Positions 12,450 to 24,579 of a DNA stretch of 64,000 nucleotides are shown here, piece by piece. This DNA is from Callorhinchus milii (taxonomy: Eukaryota), in the NCBI RefSeq assembly GCF_018977255.1, contig NW_024704742.1, positions 30,382,001-30,446,000 on the forward strand. The letters run 5' to 3'. Each line of letters opens with the position of its first letter. Position 1 is the stretch's first letter. A program made the position numbers and the translations under genes. The notes under the pieces were generated by a model. The model worked only from the letters and a program-made list of their open reading frames with translations, did not search any database and was not told the origin of the DNA.

Positions 12450-12690
12450 AACAAAATGCAAAATACTACAGATGCTGGAAATCTGAAACAAAAACAGAAG
12501 TCGTTGGGAAAACTCAGCAGGTCAGGCAGCATCGATGGAGAAAGAAAAGTGAGTCAACGTTTCGGGTCCACAACCCTTCCTCAGAACCGTTCTGACGAAG
12601 GGTCGTGGACCCAAAACATTGACTCACTTTCCTTTCTCCATAGATGCTGCTTGACCTGCTGAGTTTTCCCAGCGACTTCTGTTTTTATTT
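12450..12690. mobile_element. Penelope terminal-repeat-derived palindrome (long) with hammerhead motifs
   Basis: ~102-bp inverted arms 12486-12587 and 12589-12690; the right arm matches 41182-41283. Confidence 0.85.
12552..12588 (-). ncRNA. Minimal type I hammerhead ribozyme motif (Penelope-associated)
   Basis: GGUU-CUGAGGA-A-GGGUU(gug)GACCC-GAAA-C-GUU^-GACU: CUGANGA and GAAA boxes, stem II, palindromic AACGUU stem III and a short stem I. Confidence 0.65.
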
Positions 12691-14769
12691 ACTGTGAATT
12701 ATGTTCTACTATTAAGTAAATCCTTTAAACTATTTGAGATGGAGTTTCTGAGGTCCTTTGATCTAATCTTTTGTAAAAAATAACAGAAGTAAATATTAAC
12801 CTAATGTTGATATTCACACATCGCTATACCGGTATCATATTTTCTTCAGGTGTGTATGACTTGGTAGATGTCTACTGAATTAAACAGTGCAATGTTGTTC
12901 AACCAACAAGGAATTAACAAAATATGGATCAGGAAGCTGCAGCAGGACAAATGGTTCATGTTTGATGTGCCATAGTTGTAAAGGAAAATTCAATGGATTA
13001 GCTGTGCTGCAAACCATATTGTACTCACATGTATTGATGTGAAAGCACCAAGCAACAAACATAGCGTAACCAAGAGAAACATGCAAACCTGGGCAGCAGG
13101 AGGAACACAAATTATACCTTTACACTGCGCTGCCCTTCAATAACCTCCCTCATTGCTCAGAGAAAAGTCTGTGATCTAAGAATCTGCAGGAGCCCCACTG
13201 GTAAAGAGTAATATCAGCCAGAAACAAGTTGATGAATAGTTGACAACTGTAAAATATTTGTTTTTATTTAAGCATCCCAATCGGAATGTTTCAATTTTAA
13301 TCATCGATATGTGTTGTTGCCGGGACCAACAAAATAACAAGCAGACTGGTTTTTCAACATTCTACACAAGGAAACAAACTTGCTGGAAGGAAGAAGCATT
13401 TCTGATAAAGGGTGAGGTTCAGGGCAAACTTTTTATAACAGCCTTCAAAATCAGCATGTGTTTATTTCACTTTGGGCACTGTACTGCGCTGTGAAGGCGA
13501 TGCCAGTTACATCACAAGATTTATCACGAGGCGGCAATTGAGTCAGCGTGATGATAGCATTTTCGGTTATTCTGCAGTATATTGGTGTAGGGGGGAAGAA
13601 ACATGGGAGTATTTCAGGCTGGAACAACGGATGTAGATGTGGGAGTGTTCCCCTGTTCCCTCACATTAAGAAGCATTATTATTACTGTTCTGTAACTATT
13701 CTACAGAGATCTGCACAACTTATACTGTTTCCCTTACAATATTTGCGCCATCCTTTGGATGAGAACATAAACCAAGGTTTGTCTGTCTGTTCAGGTGGAC
13801 GTTAAAGATCCCATGGCACTATTCAAAAAAGCAAAGGAAGTTTCTCCTGTTATCCTGGCCAACAATCCCGCAAATAAAATTGGTCATTCACTCCATGGCT
13901 GTTTGTGGGACATTGCTGTGTGCAAATCCTCTGCCGCATTTGCCCACAAAATACAGCATATCTTGTGAGGTCCTTTGAGGTGTCACCACAGCGTGAAAAG
14001 GCACTATATCAAATGCAAAGATTATTATATTTATTTAAGCTGTAAAGTGAAGTGAATTGCTGTAAAGTGAAGTATTTGTAGGTGAGAATTCAGTTGTTTC
14101 CCCTGCTTCCCAGTATTCTTTCCCCTGGGTCTCTGCAGCCATTGTTTAGAGACTGAAGTTCCTTTCCCAGCAGTATATGGTGCCAACTGAACACAGAGGC
14201 GATGTGTGTGAAGTCAGCCTGGCTCAGTTGGTAGCACGTGGGTTCAACAATAATAATAATAATCCTTGCATTTGATATAGGTAAGGTCAGAGGCGGTAGT
14301 GGAGGAAAGCTGTCCTGGTTATGGACTGAATGTGGGGTAGGAAGGACACCGGAGGTACAAAGATGTTGACTGGAACCAACAAGTATGGCTTCCATCTGAT
14401 CAACATTCAGCTACAGAAAGTTGAGACTCATCCAGCCCTTCATGTCTAATACGACATATGCTGTTATCTTTGCAGTGTTCCAGTTTCACATGGAGGGGTA
14501 CATGTGTGATAAATCAACTGAGTAAATACATGGAACTTGATCCAATTCTTGTAAAATTCATGGCCAAATCAATATTGAAATGTTTTAACTTACCTAGGAC
14601 CGCACAGCGTGTTGCAAGGTGGGCAAAATGTGAAAGGTTCAAATGGTGTTGTAAATCATAGTAACCATTGTATTTGATCCAGGGTCTTTTCACAGTGTTT
14701 CACAGAATGGACTGTAATGTGCAGTGACTGTGTATTTTGTGGGTGAAAACAGCAGCCAATTTGCGCACA

Positions 14770-15115
14770 GCAATAACAATAATCCTTGCATTTGATATAG
14801 CGCCTATTCATATCTTTGAGACAACTCAAAGCGTTTCACAGAATATATTGTAAAGTGAATTGACTGTATTGGGCGAAACATGGCAGCCAATTGTGCACAG
14901 TAGTGTTGCACAAACAGTCGTTGATTGAGTGAACAATTTATTATTATTACTTTTTTGAAGGAATTATTACCCCCGGAAAAGTGATTTGCCAATCGACTCC
15001 CAACCAGGTTCATACTTACTGCTAGGTAAACAGAGGCATGTGGAGCAAGGAAACTTGCCCAACGTTTCACCTGCCAGGAATCGAACCCAGGTCGCTCGCT
15101 TGCTCTAACCACTGA
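14770..15115 (-). mobile_element. tRNA-derived SINE, short family (full variant)
   Basis: Reverse complement of the 50040-50390 family. Confidence 0.82.
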
Positions 15116-15266
15116 GTAATATTCCACAAACAGCCATGGAGAGTGACCAATTTTATTTGATGAATTGTTGGCCTAAACACTGGGAGAAACTCACTTCTCT
15201 TTTTGAATAGTGCCATAGGATTTTTAACATTATTTAAATAGGCAGACAGAACCCTCGGTTTAATGT

Positions 15267-15620
15267 TTTCAAATTCCTTCGTGCCCTGGCACCTCGCTAT
15301 CTCGCGGAACCTGCTTATCCCCCAATCCACAATCCGCTGCCTCCACTAGACTGGCCTTCTGCATGTTTCTCATATGCTCCGTTCCACCATTGGTGGCCGT
15401 GCTTTCAGCCACTTCACCCCTTTGGAACACTCTTCCTCTATACCTCTGCCTTGCCCTTTCGTTCCCCATTTTCAGGTCACGCCTAAAGACCTACCTATTC
15501 AACTGTGCCTACAGTCACCTCCCCCTCCCCCTGGCTTGGAGATGTGCTCCGCTATTGTCATGTGTTCTGGGACACTATCCTGCTTGAGGGGCATTATATG
15601 ATTGCAAGTTGTTGTTGTTG
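15267..15620 (+). mobile_element. L2 3' fragment inserted in a SINE, with TAATGT target-site duplication
   Basis: L2 3' UTR-like sequence and (TTG)n tail; TAATGT at 15261-15266 and 15621-15626. Confidence 0.7.
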
Positions 15621-16591
15621 TAATGTCTCATCTGATGCAAAGCACCTCAGACAATGCAGCACACTCCCAGCACTGCATTGGAGTGTCAGTCTAAACTAAA
15701 TGGTTCCAAGTCCTGACGTGAAGCTTAAACCCACAAATTCTGACTCGGAGGCGACATTGCTACCGAATGAACCAGGCTGACTCCCTTGTAAGCTGCAATG
15801 AATGCCTCATCAGCACGATCGCGGCCCTCAATTTGGTACGCCCTGCAACACGTTTCAGTCCAAGTAACTTTATATTAAAACAAAATGCAGGTGAAAAATT
15901 TCAACATTATCAGAATGAATCTGTTAAGAAATGGCAGAATTGTATTTGATCATTATTAACTAATTTTAGGACTGAACAAGCCCCCCCCGCCCGTAATCAT
16001 CAACCCCCTCTCCCATCCCTATCACCTTTCTTACAATGGCTTTCTCCACAAAAGAGTTAGGAAATTGTTTGACTAACGTTTTGGGTTGGGGGCTCAGTGA
16101 GAGTAGGAAAAAGAATATATTTTTACAAGTTCACAGGCAACATCTGAAAGTTGACTTAACAAGATGCTTGCTGAGTGAGTTAAGCCAGAGTTTGATACAA
16201 CAACAATTTGCACTTATATAGCGCCCTCCACGTAGGGTAGCGTCGCAGAGCGCTTAACAGTGGCGGAGCTGGAGGGGGTGACCGTATGAGAGTGTTCCAG
16301 AGCTTTGGGGCATAGTGGCTGAAAGCGCAACTTCCAATGGTAGAGCGGAGGGTGGAAGGGATGATCAAGAGGCTGGTGCCAGTCGAGCGGAGGTGCTGGG
16401 TGGTGGATTGGGGAGTGAGGAGGTCGGGGAGGTAGGGAGTTGCAGGGAGTGAATGGATTTGAGGACTATCTGATTGCTAAAAGGAAAATTGTTGGGCGTG
16501 GAGAGCATTGATTTCAGGCCCACTTGACACATCAATCTCCGTCAGTTTAGTCTCAGTTTGGCAAACTGGGACCTAGTGGAGGAACACTGTA

Positions 16592-16622
16592 TGCCACCTA
16601 CTGGTATTTTGCAAACATTACT
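16592..16622 (-). promoter_or_regulatory. Candidate CTCF site
   Basis: Minus-strand CCAGTAGGTGGCA core with a GTAATGTT upstream-module-like sequence 17 nt before the core. Confidence 0.45.
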
Positions 16623-17109
16623 TAAATAAGAAATTCTTAAAATGACCCCAAATGTTAATTCTTCTATACTATAGCAATTGCTGTAATATACGTGCCAACA
16701 TTTGGGGTCATTTATATAGTGCCCCTCATGCAGGCTAACGTCTCAGAATGCTTGAATTTGTGCTCGGGAAATGGGTACATTGAGAAGAGGCTGAAATACT
16801 TTGTAATTCACTTGCTGGCTGCACGCCAGCACTGAATGCCGGATGTGGTTTAAGTAATCACTCAATTTGTGTGGGCGCTCCTCAAATTCAGGAAAGCCTG
16901 TTTAATTTGGTCACTTTCTGTTTCAAGGAACAGCATAATCTGTGTGAAAGGCCTGACACCACCATTCCTTTACACCTTTCTCGTCCTGAGTAAGATGAAG
17001 TCACATTAAATCAAGCTGCATTGCTTAAGCAAATAAAACAATCAACCCTCCGTGATCATCCTGCTGCCGACACACAAGTCTCTCAAGGGTGCACTGTACA
17101 GAAACCTAC

Positions 17110-17264
17110 CTCCTCATGCAGTCCAGAGCTCGGACAAAGTAGTCTGGGTGCAGCTCGTGCTCATCTTGGAGAATCACGCATTGCTCCAGTGTCACAGACA
17201 TGGAAGTTCGGTCTTTGGCACTTTTGCAGCTTGTGAAGCGAATTCCGTTCAACCTCCGGCAAAT
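17110..17264 (-). CDS. INPP4B: INPP4B catalytic exon (CX5R motif CKSAKDR)
   Basis: aattag| acceptor and |gtaggt donor; 155 nt, [51 protein letters not shown]. Confidence 0.97.
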
Positions 17265-17474
17265 CTAATTAGGGAACGAAAATGTACAATGTGTTCTAAT
17301 TATTCAGTGTCCAGTCAAGTTTAGTTTTTTGGACAAATCATCAATTAATAGTCTCAAAAACAAGTTTGTACTGTCATGAGCAATAAGAAAAGTACACGGT
17401 CCTTGGCTATCAACTTTGACACTATCACAGCTAAGACCACACTGTTCATATTGCAAAGTGACCCTCAGGCTTTA

Positions 17475-17858
17475 TACTGACAGAAAGGACCACCCAGAGC
17501 TGCCATACCCTAGAAGCAGATTGATGTCCTCCCGACATAAAGGCGCTATATAAATCAAATTTGTTGTTGTCGCTGGATTGGTATTCCCAAAGACTCATCT
17601 GCATTACACTTTCCCTGTTGAATAAATCCCTCTCTGGTTCAAAGAATCAACTCCCATTGAATATAGGGTCTATCAGACCGCAAGAGGCTTCTCCCTCGAT
17701 CAATGTCTTTGACTGGAGGAGCCGGCTTCCAGCCAGCCTAGAAATATTGAGTTACTGACAGAAAGGACCACCCAGAGCTGCCATACCCCCAGAAGCAGAT
17801 TGATGTCCTCCCGACATGAAAGGCGCAATATAAATCAAATTTGTTGTGGTCGCTGGAT
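17475..17858 (+). repeat. Local direct duplication of a ~105-bp L2-tailed segment
   Basis: 17475-17578 and 17753-17858 are near-identical. Confidence 0.85.
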
Positions 17859-18221
17859 CGGAGGTTAGAGGTCTAATTAGAGGTCTAATTACCAGTATTT
17901 ATTAACCAAGTTCTATTAGAAGGCATTCCAACTCACGTACAGCAGTCTGCCCCGACATACTCCCAAAATAGAGTCCTGCGGAGAATTCCATCCAGATTCT
18001 TTAATAAGGAATCGTGCAATACTGCAAGTTAGACCACATTTTGTGGGTCTGCTAATTGGTAGCCATTAAAAGGGAAGAAATGCCCAAAGCGAGGGCTTTC
18101 TGTTTGAAATATCTCTTTAGGTATTGAAGGGTGAAGCGGGTGTGTTTGTAAAGGACCTTTTCCTTGTGGTGAGGCATCCTCACATTTCTAGACTGGCTGG
18201 AAGCCGGCTCCTCCAGGAGTC

Positions 18222-18660
18222 AGTAGTTCAAGATCCTCGTCCTCACCTTTAAGGCCATCCATGGCCTTGCCTCTTCCTACCTCTGACTCCCTATCAAGGG
18301 ACCTGCTGACTCCCTACCAACCTGCCCACTCCATCTGTTCAGCGGGCTTCAGCCTGCTCCATGTCTCCCGCCCAACCTGCCCTACCATCGGTGGCCGGGC
18401 TTTCAGCCTCTCTGCCCCCACACTCTGGAACTCCATCCCACGGTCCCTTCGCCTCGCTTCCTCCCTCGCGTCCTTCAAGGCCAGTCTCAAGACCCTTCTC
18501 TTCGACCGTGCCTTTGGTTTCCCTCCCACCTCTCTGCCTTCCCTCACCCCTACACCATCCCTCCCCCATGCTTGGACCCCAACACCTGACTGTTCACACT
18601 TTGGGACGTCCTCCCGACGTGAAAGGCGCTCTATAAATATAATTTTGTTGTTGTTGTTAT
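18222..18660 (+). mobile_element. L2 3' fragment
   Basis: [26 protein letters not shown], terminal hairpin and (TTG)n tail; same subfamily as 36476-37200. Confidence 0.85.
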
Positions 18661-19514
18661 AGCTTGTGGTACTCACTTGCCAAAGCCTCGGGGGGAGGGG
18701 GTATTGACACCCTATTGCCAGGCTAAACTTGAGACGATTGTATAATCAATGCACTGGCAATTACCCTCAACAATGTGGAGTTCAACACATGAGGAAAATC
18801 TTGTCCGCAAACTGACCATTTGCTTCACAAACTCACGTCACTGGACGTCAAGGGCAAGCCACGGACAGGAAGGAAACAGAGGGTCATTGTTGGAGGAGCT
18901 TGGTCAAAATAGGAGGTGGTGTTAAGCGGGGTGCCTCAGGGCACTCCACTGGGACCTCTCCTGCTCCTGTATACATTTAAGACCTAGGTTTGCAGACTCA
19001 GTGTAGTCAAATTTCAGATTAGAGGAGGTAGCGAAGATCTTACAATCGAGAGCGCTTGACAGGGAGCTTCCTGATGTTTGTAGGACATTGCTATGTGCAA
19101 ATTGGCTGCCACATTCACACAGTCACTGACTGCACTTTACAGTACATGCTGTGAATGTCCTCTGCCTTGAAAACTGTTAGACCAAATGTAAGAATTATTA
19201 TAGGATACAAGAATAGGAGAAACGTGTAGTCTGTTGATGGGACAGAGCTTCCCAAGGGGGAAGCTGAAAAAGATCTAAGGTGTTAGTTTATTTATTGAGG
19301 ATTTTGAACTCTATCCTCTGAGGGATGTGGAGCCAGTGGAATCGGGTGAGGGTAGGAGGGTGACATTTGATATAGTACCTTGTAATGTTATCCAAACATC
19401 AGAGAGTTCTGTGGGGTTTTTACTGTGAAGTTTTATGTTTGTAGGTGCACTTAATAAAATCATACAAGTTACAGGGCAGAAGGAAGTTATACAGCCCATC
19501 AAACCTATATTGCC

Positions 19515-19645
19515 TATATTATCTTAATTATATTGTTCTAATTAATTATTATATTATATTAATTATATATTTATCTATTATATATAATTATACAATATTA
19601 TATTAATTATATTAATTATATTATATTAATAATATATTATATTAA
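19515..19645. repeat. AT-rich low-complexity tract
   Basis: Degenerate (TATTA/ATTAT)n. Confidence 0.75.
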
Positions 19646-20089
19646 CCTGAGTTCAATTCCAGGCAGGGCGACAGCTTGGGCAAGTTTCCTTATTCCACAC
19701 GCCTCATAATAATAATTATATTATTAATAATAATAATAGTCCCTCCAAAACAAAAAAACAATAATAAATGGGTCATTTTCAATCCACGACTGTTTGTGGG
19801 AAATATACAGTCACTTTACATCATGTTCTGTAAAGCGCTTTGAGACGTTTAGAAGACGTGAAAAGTGCTATATCAAATGCAAGGATTATTATTATTATTA
19901 TTATTGCTCACCGTGTCGAAACAGTGTGAAGAAGCAATAAACAAAGCAAACAGGATGCTCCCCTAATCACCAAATTGGTTGAATTCAAATTGGTTGAACC
20001 TCTAAATAAGCTTGAGCTCTTCAGTCTTGAAAGGAGACATCACAGAAGGTATCTTACCCAATATTTACCAGGTATACAAGATTTTCAAA

Positions 20090-21916
20090 ATCAAAATTCC
20101 AAAATCAAGGGAATTCGCTCCATGGTCACTTCCCCTCCAACATCCACCCACACCGCACCCCCACCCTCCGACTCCTACCCATCCTCCCCTACACATTTTC
20201 GTACCCGTTTTCCCATCCTCTGTCACCAAACTCATCCTGTCCCTGAAACCCACCACCTGCTCCCTTGACCCCATCCCCACTCCACTCCTTATCTCCCAGC
20301 TCCACCTCCTTGCCCCACATATCACAAACATCGTCAACCTGTCCCTCTCCTCTGGCTCTGTTCCCATTCCCTTAAAAACTGCCACCATCACTCCCACCTT
20401 AAAAAACCCTCCCTTGATGCGTCACAGCTATCAAGCTACCGGCCCATCTCCAACCTCCCCTTCCTGTCCAAGGTCCTGGAACGAGCTGTCGCCTCCCAGC
20501 TGCGCTCTTTCCTCTCTATCCATTCATTATTCGAACCCCTTCAGTCGGGTTTCCGTGCTGCCCATAGCACAGAAACTGACCTGGTCAAGGTCACCAATGA
20601 CATCCTGACCATCTGCGACCAGGGCTCCCTCTGCCTCCTCGTCCTCCTCGACCTATCGGCAGCATTCGATACAGTCGACCATGCTATCCTCCTCCACCGC
20701 TTGTCCTCCCACCGCAACATTCAAGGCCCTGTCCTTCAGTGGTTTAGGTCGTACCTCTCCCACCGTCTTCACTTTGTTTCCACGAATGGCTTTTCCTCCA
20801 CCCCCCGCACTGTCTTGTGCGGTGTCCCTCAGGGCTCTGTCCTCGGTCCCCTCCTCTTCACCCTCTATATGCTCCCCCTTGGTGACAACAGCCGCAGACA
20901 TGGGGTCAACTTCCACATGTATGCGGATGACACCCAACTCTACCTTTCCTCCTGTACCCTCAACTCCACGACCACCGATGTCCTGACAGCCTACCTGTCC
21001 GACATCGAGTCCTGGACGAGAGACAACTTTCTTCAGCTCAACGTGCGTAAAACTGAGGCCCTCCTGATTGGCTCACGTCAGCGCCTCCGCACCTCAGGCT
21101 CTGACAGCATCAGCATCCAAGGCTGCACTCTCCACCTCTCAAAGCCGGTCAGGAACCTCGGCGTTCTGTTCGACCCTGAGCTGTCCTTTCTCCCTCATAT
21201 CCGCGCCACAACTGGCACCGCCTTCCATCACCTCCGGAATATCGCCAGACTACGGCACTACCTCACCCCTCACGCTGCTGAAACTCTGGTCCACGCCTTT
21301 ATCACCTCAAGGCTGGACTACGGGAACTCTCTCCTCGTCGGCCTTCCCGGCACCTCCCTCCACAAGCTGCAGATGATTCAGAACTCTGCAGCTCGTGTAC
21401 TGTCCCGCACCAGGCTTCGCGACCACATCACTCCCACCCTCGCTCGCCTCCACTGGCTCCCCATCCCCCAGAGGATCGAATTCAAGATCCTCATCCTCAC
21501 CTACAAGGCCATTCACGGCCTCGCTCCCTCCTACCTCTCTGACCTACTATCCCCCTACCTACCTTCCCGTACTCTCCGTTCCTCTGGCTCTGGTCTGCTC
21601 CACATCCCCCGCCCCAACCGCCCTACCATCGGTGGCCGGGCCTTCAGCCTCTCAGCCCCTAGGCTCTGGAACTCTATCCCCCAGTGCCTTCGCCGCCTCC
21701 TCCCTTTCCTCCTTCAAAGCCGGTCTCAAGACCTTTCTCTTTGACCGTGCCTTCAGCTCCCCTCTCGACTCTCTACCCCCTCCTCGCTCCCTCCCTTCCC
21801 TCCCCTCACCCTGACCATTTCCCCCCTGCTCGGGTGCTGACCCAACTGTCCAGCGCCTTGGGACGTCCTCCCGACGTGAAAGGCGCTCTATAAATGGAAT
21901 CTTGTTGTTGTTGTTT
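20090..21916 (+). mobile_element. 5'-truncated L2-clade LINE (RT domain, 3' UTR, (TTG)n tail)
   Basis: [53 protein letters not shown] and LHWLPI motifs; frameshift near 20400; 3' hairpin and ttgttg tail. Confidence 0.93.
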
Positions 21917-24466
21917 TAAATGGGATTGAAAAAGTAAAGCAGGAGGGAGGAGTGGATAATACACATGCACTTGTATTTAAAATAAGTGATTTATTTGAAG
22001 TCAGAGCTGAAGCTTTGAACTCTCATGGTTAGTGAACATTCGTTGACATAATAATTGGTTGTTGATAATGGAAGAAAGGTTAATTGAAGATTTTATTCTT
22101 TGGATGAGATGTTAATCCAAGTTCCCATCTGCCTGTTCAATGGGACATTGAAGATCTCAAAAGAGAAGGGAATTTCCCACGGTGTCCTGGCCAACAACCC
22201 CCCCAAGTAAAATCGGTCATTCACTTCATGACTGTTTATGGGATATTGCTGTACACAAATTGCTTGTCACATCATCCTACAAAGCACACAGTCACTTTAC
22301 AGTATACCCTGTGAAGCGCTTTGAGACACCCTCCTGATGTGAAAAGTGCTATACCAAATGTAAGGATTATTATCATTATAATATTTTTTTAATGGCATGC
22401 CAAGAGAGATTTTTGTGTGAGATCCTGAAAATGGAACATTTCCTACTCGGTCCACTAAATCTTAGTCCGGGACACTACCCAGCGTGGAGGGCGCTATATA
22501 AATGCAAGTTGTTATTGTTGTCTCCAGTGTGCTGTTTTCCTTCGTGCTGTCAGTGACGGAATGCTTACTGGTCAGGTTTGGCTGCCTGCTAGTGTTGCGT
22601 AACGCAGTCTCGGATCAGCAACTGAACAGAAAGGTCTACAAGTCACCCTGGTAACTACAGATATGTTGCATGGCTAGGAGGTGGGCTGGGTCCATGCAAA
22701 GCTATTGAGTGTGTGCAAAATGGAGAGCTGCTTTTGAGGAACTGGATAGCAGAGTTGCCAAGTTTCAAAAAATATTTGCCTGCTTCCTATGGTGATCATT
22801 AGGAAAACAGAAAATTTTAAATCATGTCCAGCTGTCAACAAGACTTGCTTTTTTGGCCTTTAAGTGGTTTTGGTTGGCATTGAACCGCAGCAGTGCTGCT
22901 GTGCTTCTAACTTCAGGCCTGTTTGTGTGGACATTGCTGGGCACAAACTGGCTGCCACTTTTGCCTACAGACATGCCGCCACTACATTCACAATGATTGC
23001 CTGTGAAGTCCTTTGAGATGTTTTGACATTTGAGAGCTATGTTGAATACAAGGCTAAACAGTCAAACATTGATAGATTTTTGGTAGGTCAGGGTATTAAA
23101 GGATATGGGGAGAAAGCGGGAAATTGGAATTGAAAGGATTAGTTGAGGTACAGATCAGCCATGATCTAATTAAATGGCGGAATAGGCTCGAAGGGCTGAA
23201 TGGCCAACTCCTGTTCCTGTGTTTCTATGTTCCTAAACTTCAACCCTTGAAGGAACACAATTTTGCAAGACAGCACGTCACTGAATGTGCGGGAGGAATA
23301 TAGAGAGTGATTCGGGGAGAGAATTGGATTTTTAGTCTTCCCAATTATAGCAGATATAGTAAATGGAACATAGATACCGAAGGTTTCACTACTGCTAGGA
23401 TAGTAGAAAAGAGCAAAAAGCAGAAGTTGGAATAAAAGAGAACCGGGAGAGAACTGGGAATAATAATAATCCTTCGATTTGATATAGCACCTTATGTGGG
23501 TGAAATGCAGCAGCCAATTGTGCATAGCAATGTCCCACAAACAGCTATGTAGTGAATGATCAATTTTATTTGGGAGATTTGTTGGCCAGAGCACCGGGAG
23601 AAGAGCTGACATTGGAAGAAAAAGGACTAAAATTGAGGGAATTTGTACTTATTTTAGCAGTTCTGAGTAATTCTGAGTAATGTTTATAATCGCATTAAGT
23701 GATTATTTTCGCTTCAACTTAGGGAAAAAGGTCTAGACATTTCAGGGCATCCAGAATTTGGCAATTTCTTACAACTTTAAAGCTGGGTTAACTGTAAGTT
23801 TCTTTTCATAATTGCCGAAAACTGGCTTGAAAGTTAAGACTGAATTCAATAATTCACTGAAATGTGGATGCTCTGAAATGCTACATAAATGGATTGAACT
23901 TAGACCCGGTTGGAATTTCTCCCATAAGTGCATGAGCTGAAAATGAACTGAACCAGCCACCCGATAGAGACTGGGGTCACAGTGGACTTGAGGGCAGTCT
24001 AACTTAACTCTTCATTGTGGTCCTTGCAGCACTTCTATTGAAGCAATGATTCATTATTAACCTTCACAACAGCACACCACTCTAGCAACAGTTTATCTGA
24101 AATTTCCCACAAAGCCGCTGCTTATATTGTCAACGAGCCAGCAACACACTCTCATCACGAAGATTAGATAAATTCACTGAATATGGAAAGATTGTATCCT
24201 TCCACCACCACACCCACAAAAGTACAAAGGCTTAATGATTTTCTACGCAGCATACTTTAATAACCTGTAATAATTCAGCAAATAGCAGCTAAATATCTCT
24301 TTTCTGTCCATTTATGACAGGCCTAACCCATCTCCCCAACTATACTCTCAGACCCTCAGGTCCACGTCTGTTAGACTTTAACCAGCTAAAACCGTGTTGC
24401 GAGCACTGCCTGACTTCAATTTCAGCCTTCTGAAAAGTACAGAAATTGTATTTTCACAAAACTTAC

Positions 24467-24579
24467 TTTTGCTGCAAGCTTTAAAATTTCGACATTTTTC
24501 CTTTTCTTGATTTGGATGTTTTGACTAAGGCTTTGCAACAGATCCTTTAGGTCAGTCTGCGCCTGAAATCGAGGCAAAC
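24467..24579 (-). CDS. INPP4B: INPP4B coding exon
   Basis: ttttgcag| acceptor and |gtaagt donor; 113 nt, [37 protein letters not shown]. Confidence 0.95.

Noticed and set aside
17110..17264. Assignment to INPP4A rather than INPP4B
   Set aside because: RTSMSVT, the alpha tail [27 protein letters not shown] and the beta tail all fit INPP4B better than INPP4A as I recall them.
20012..21744. Active LINE or host reverse transcriptase gene
   Set aside because: 5'-truncated with no endonuclease or ORF1, and frameshifted near 20400.
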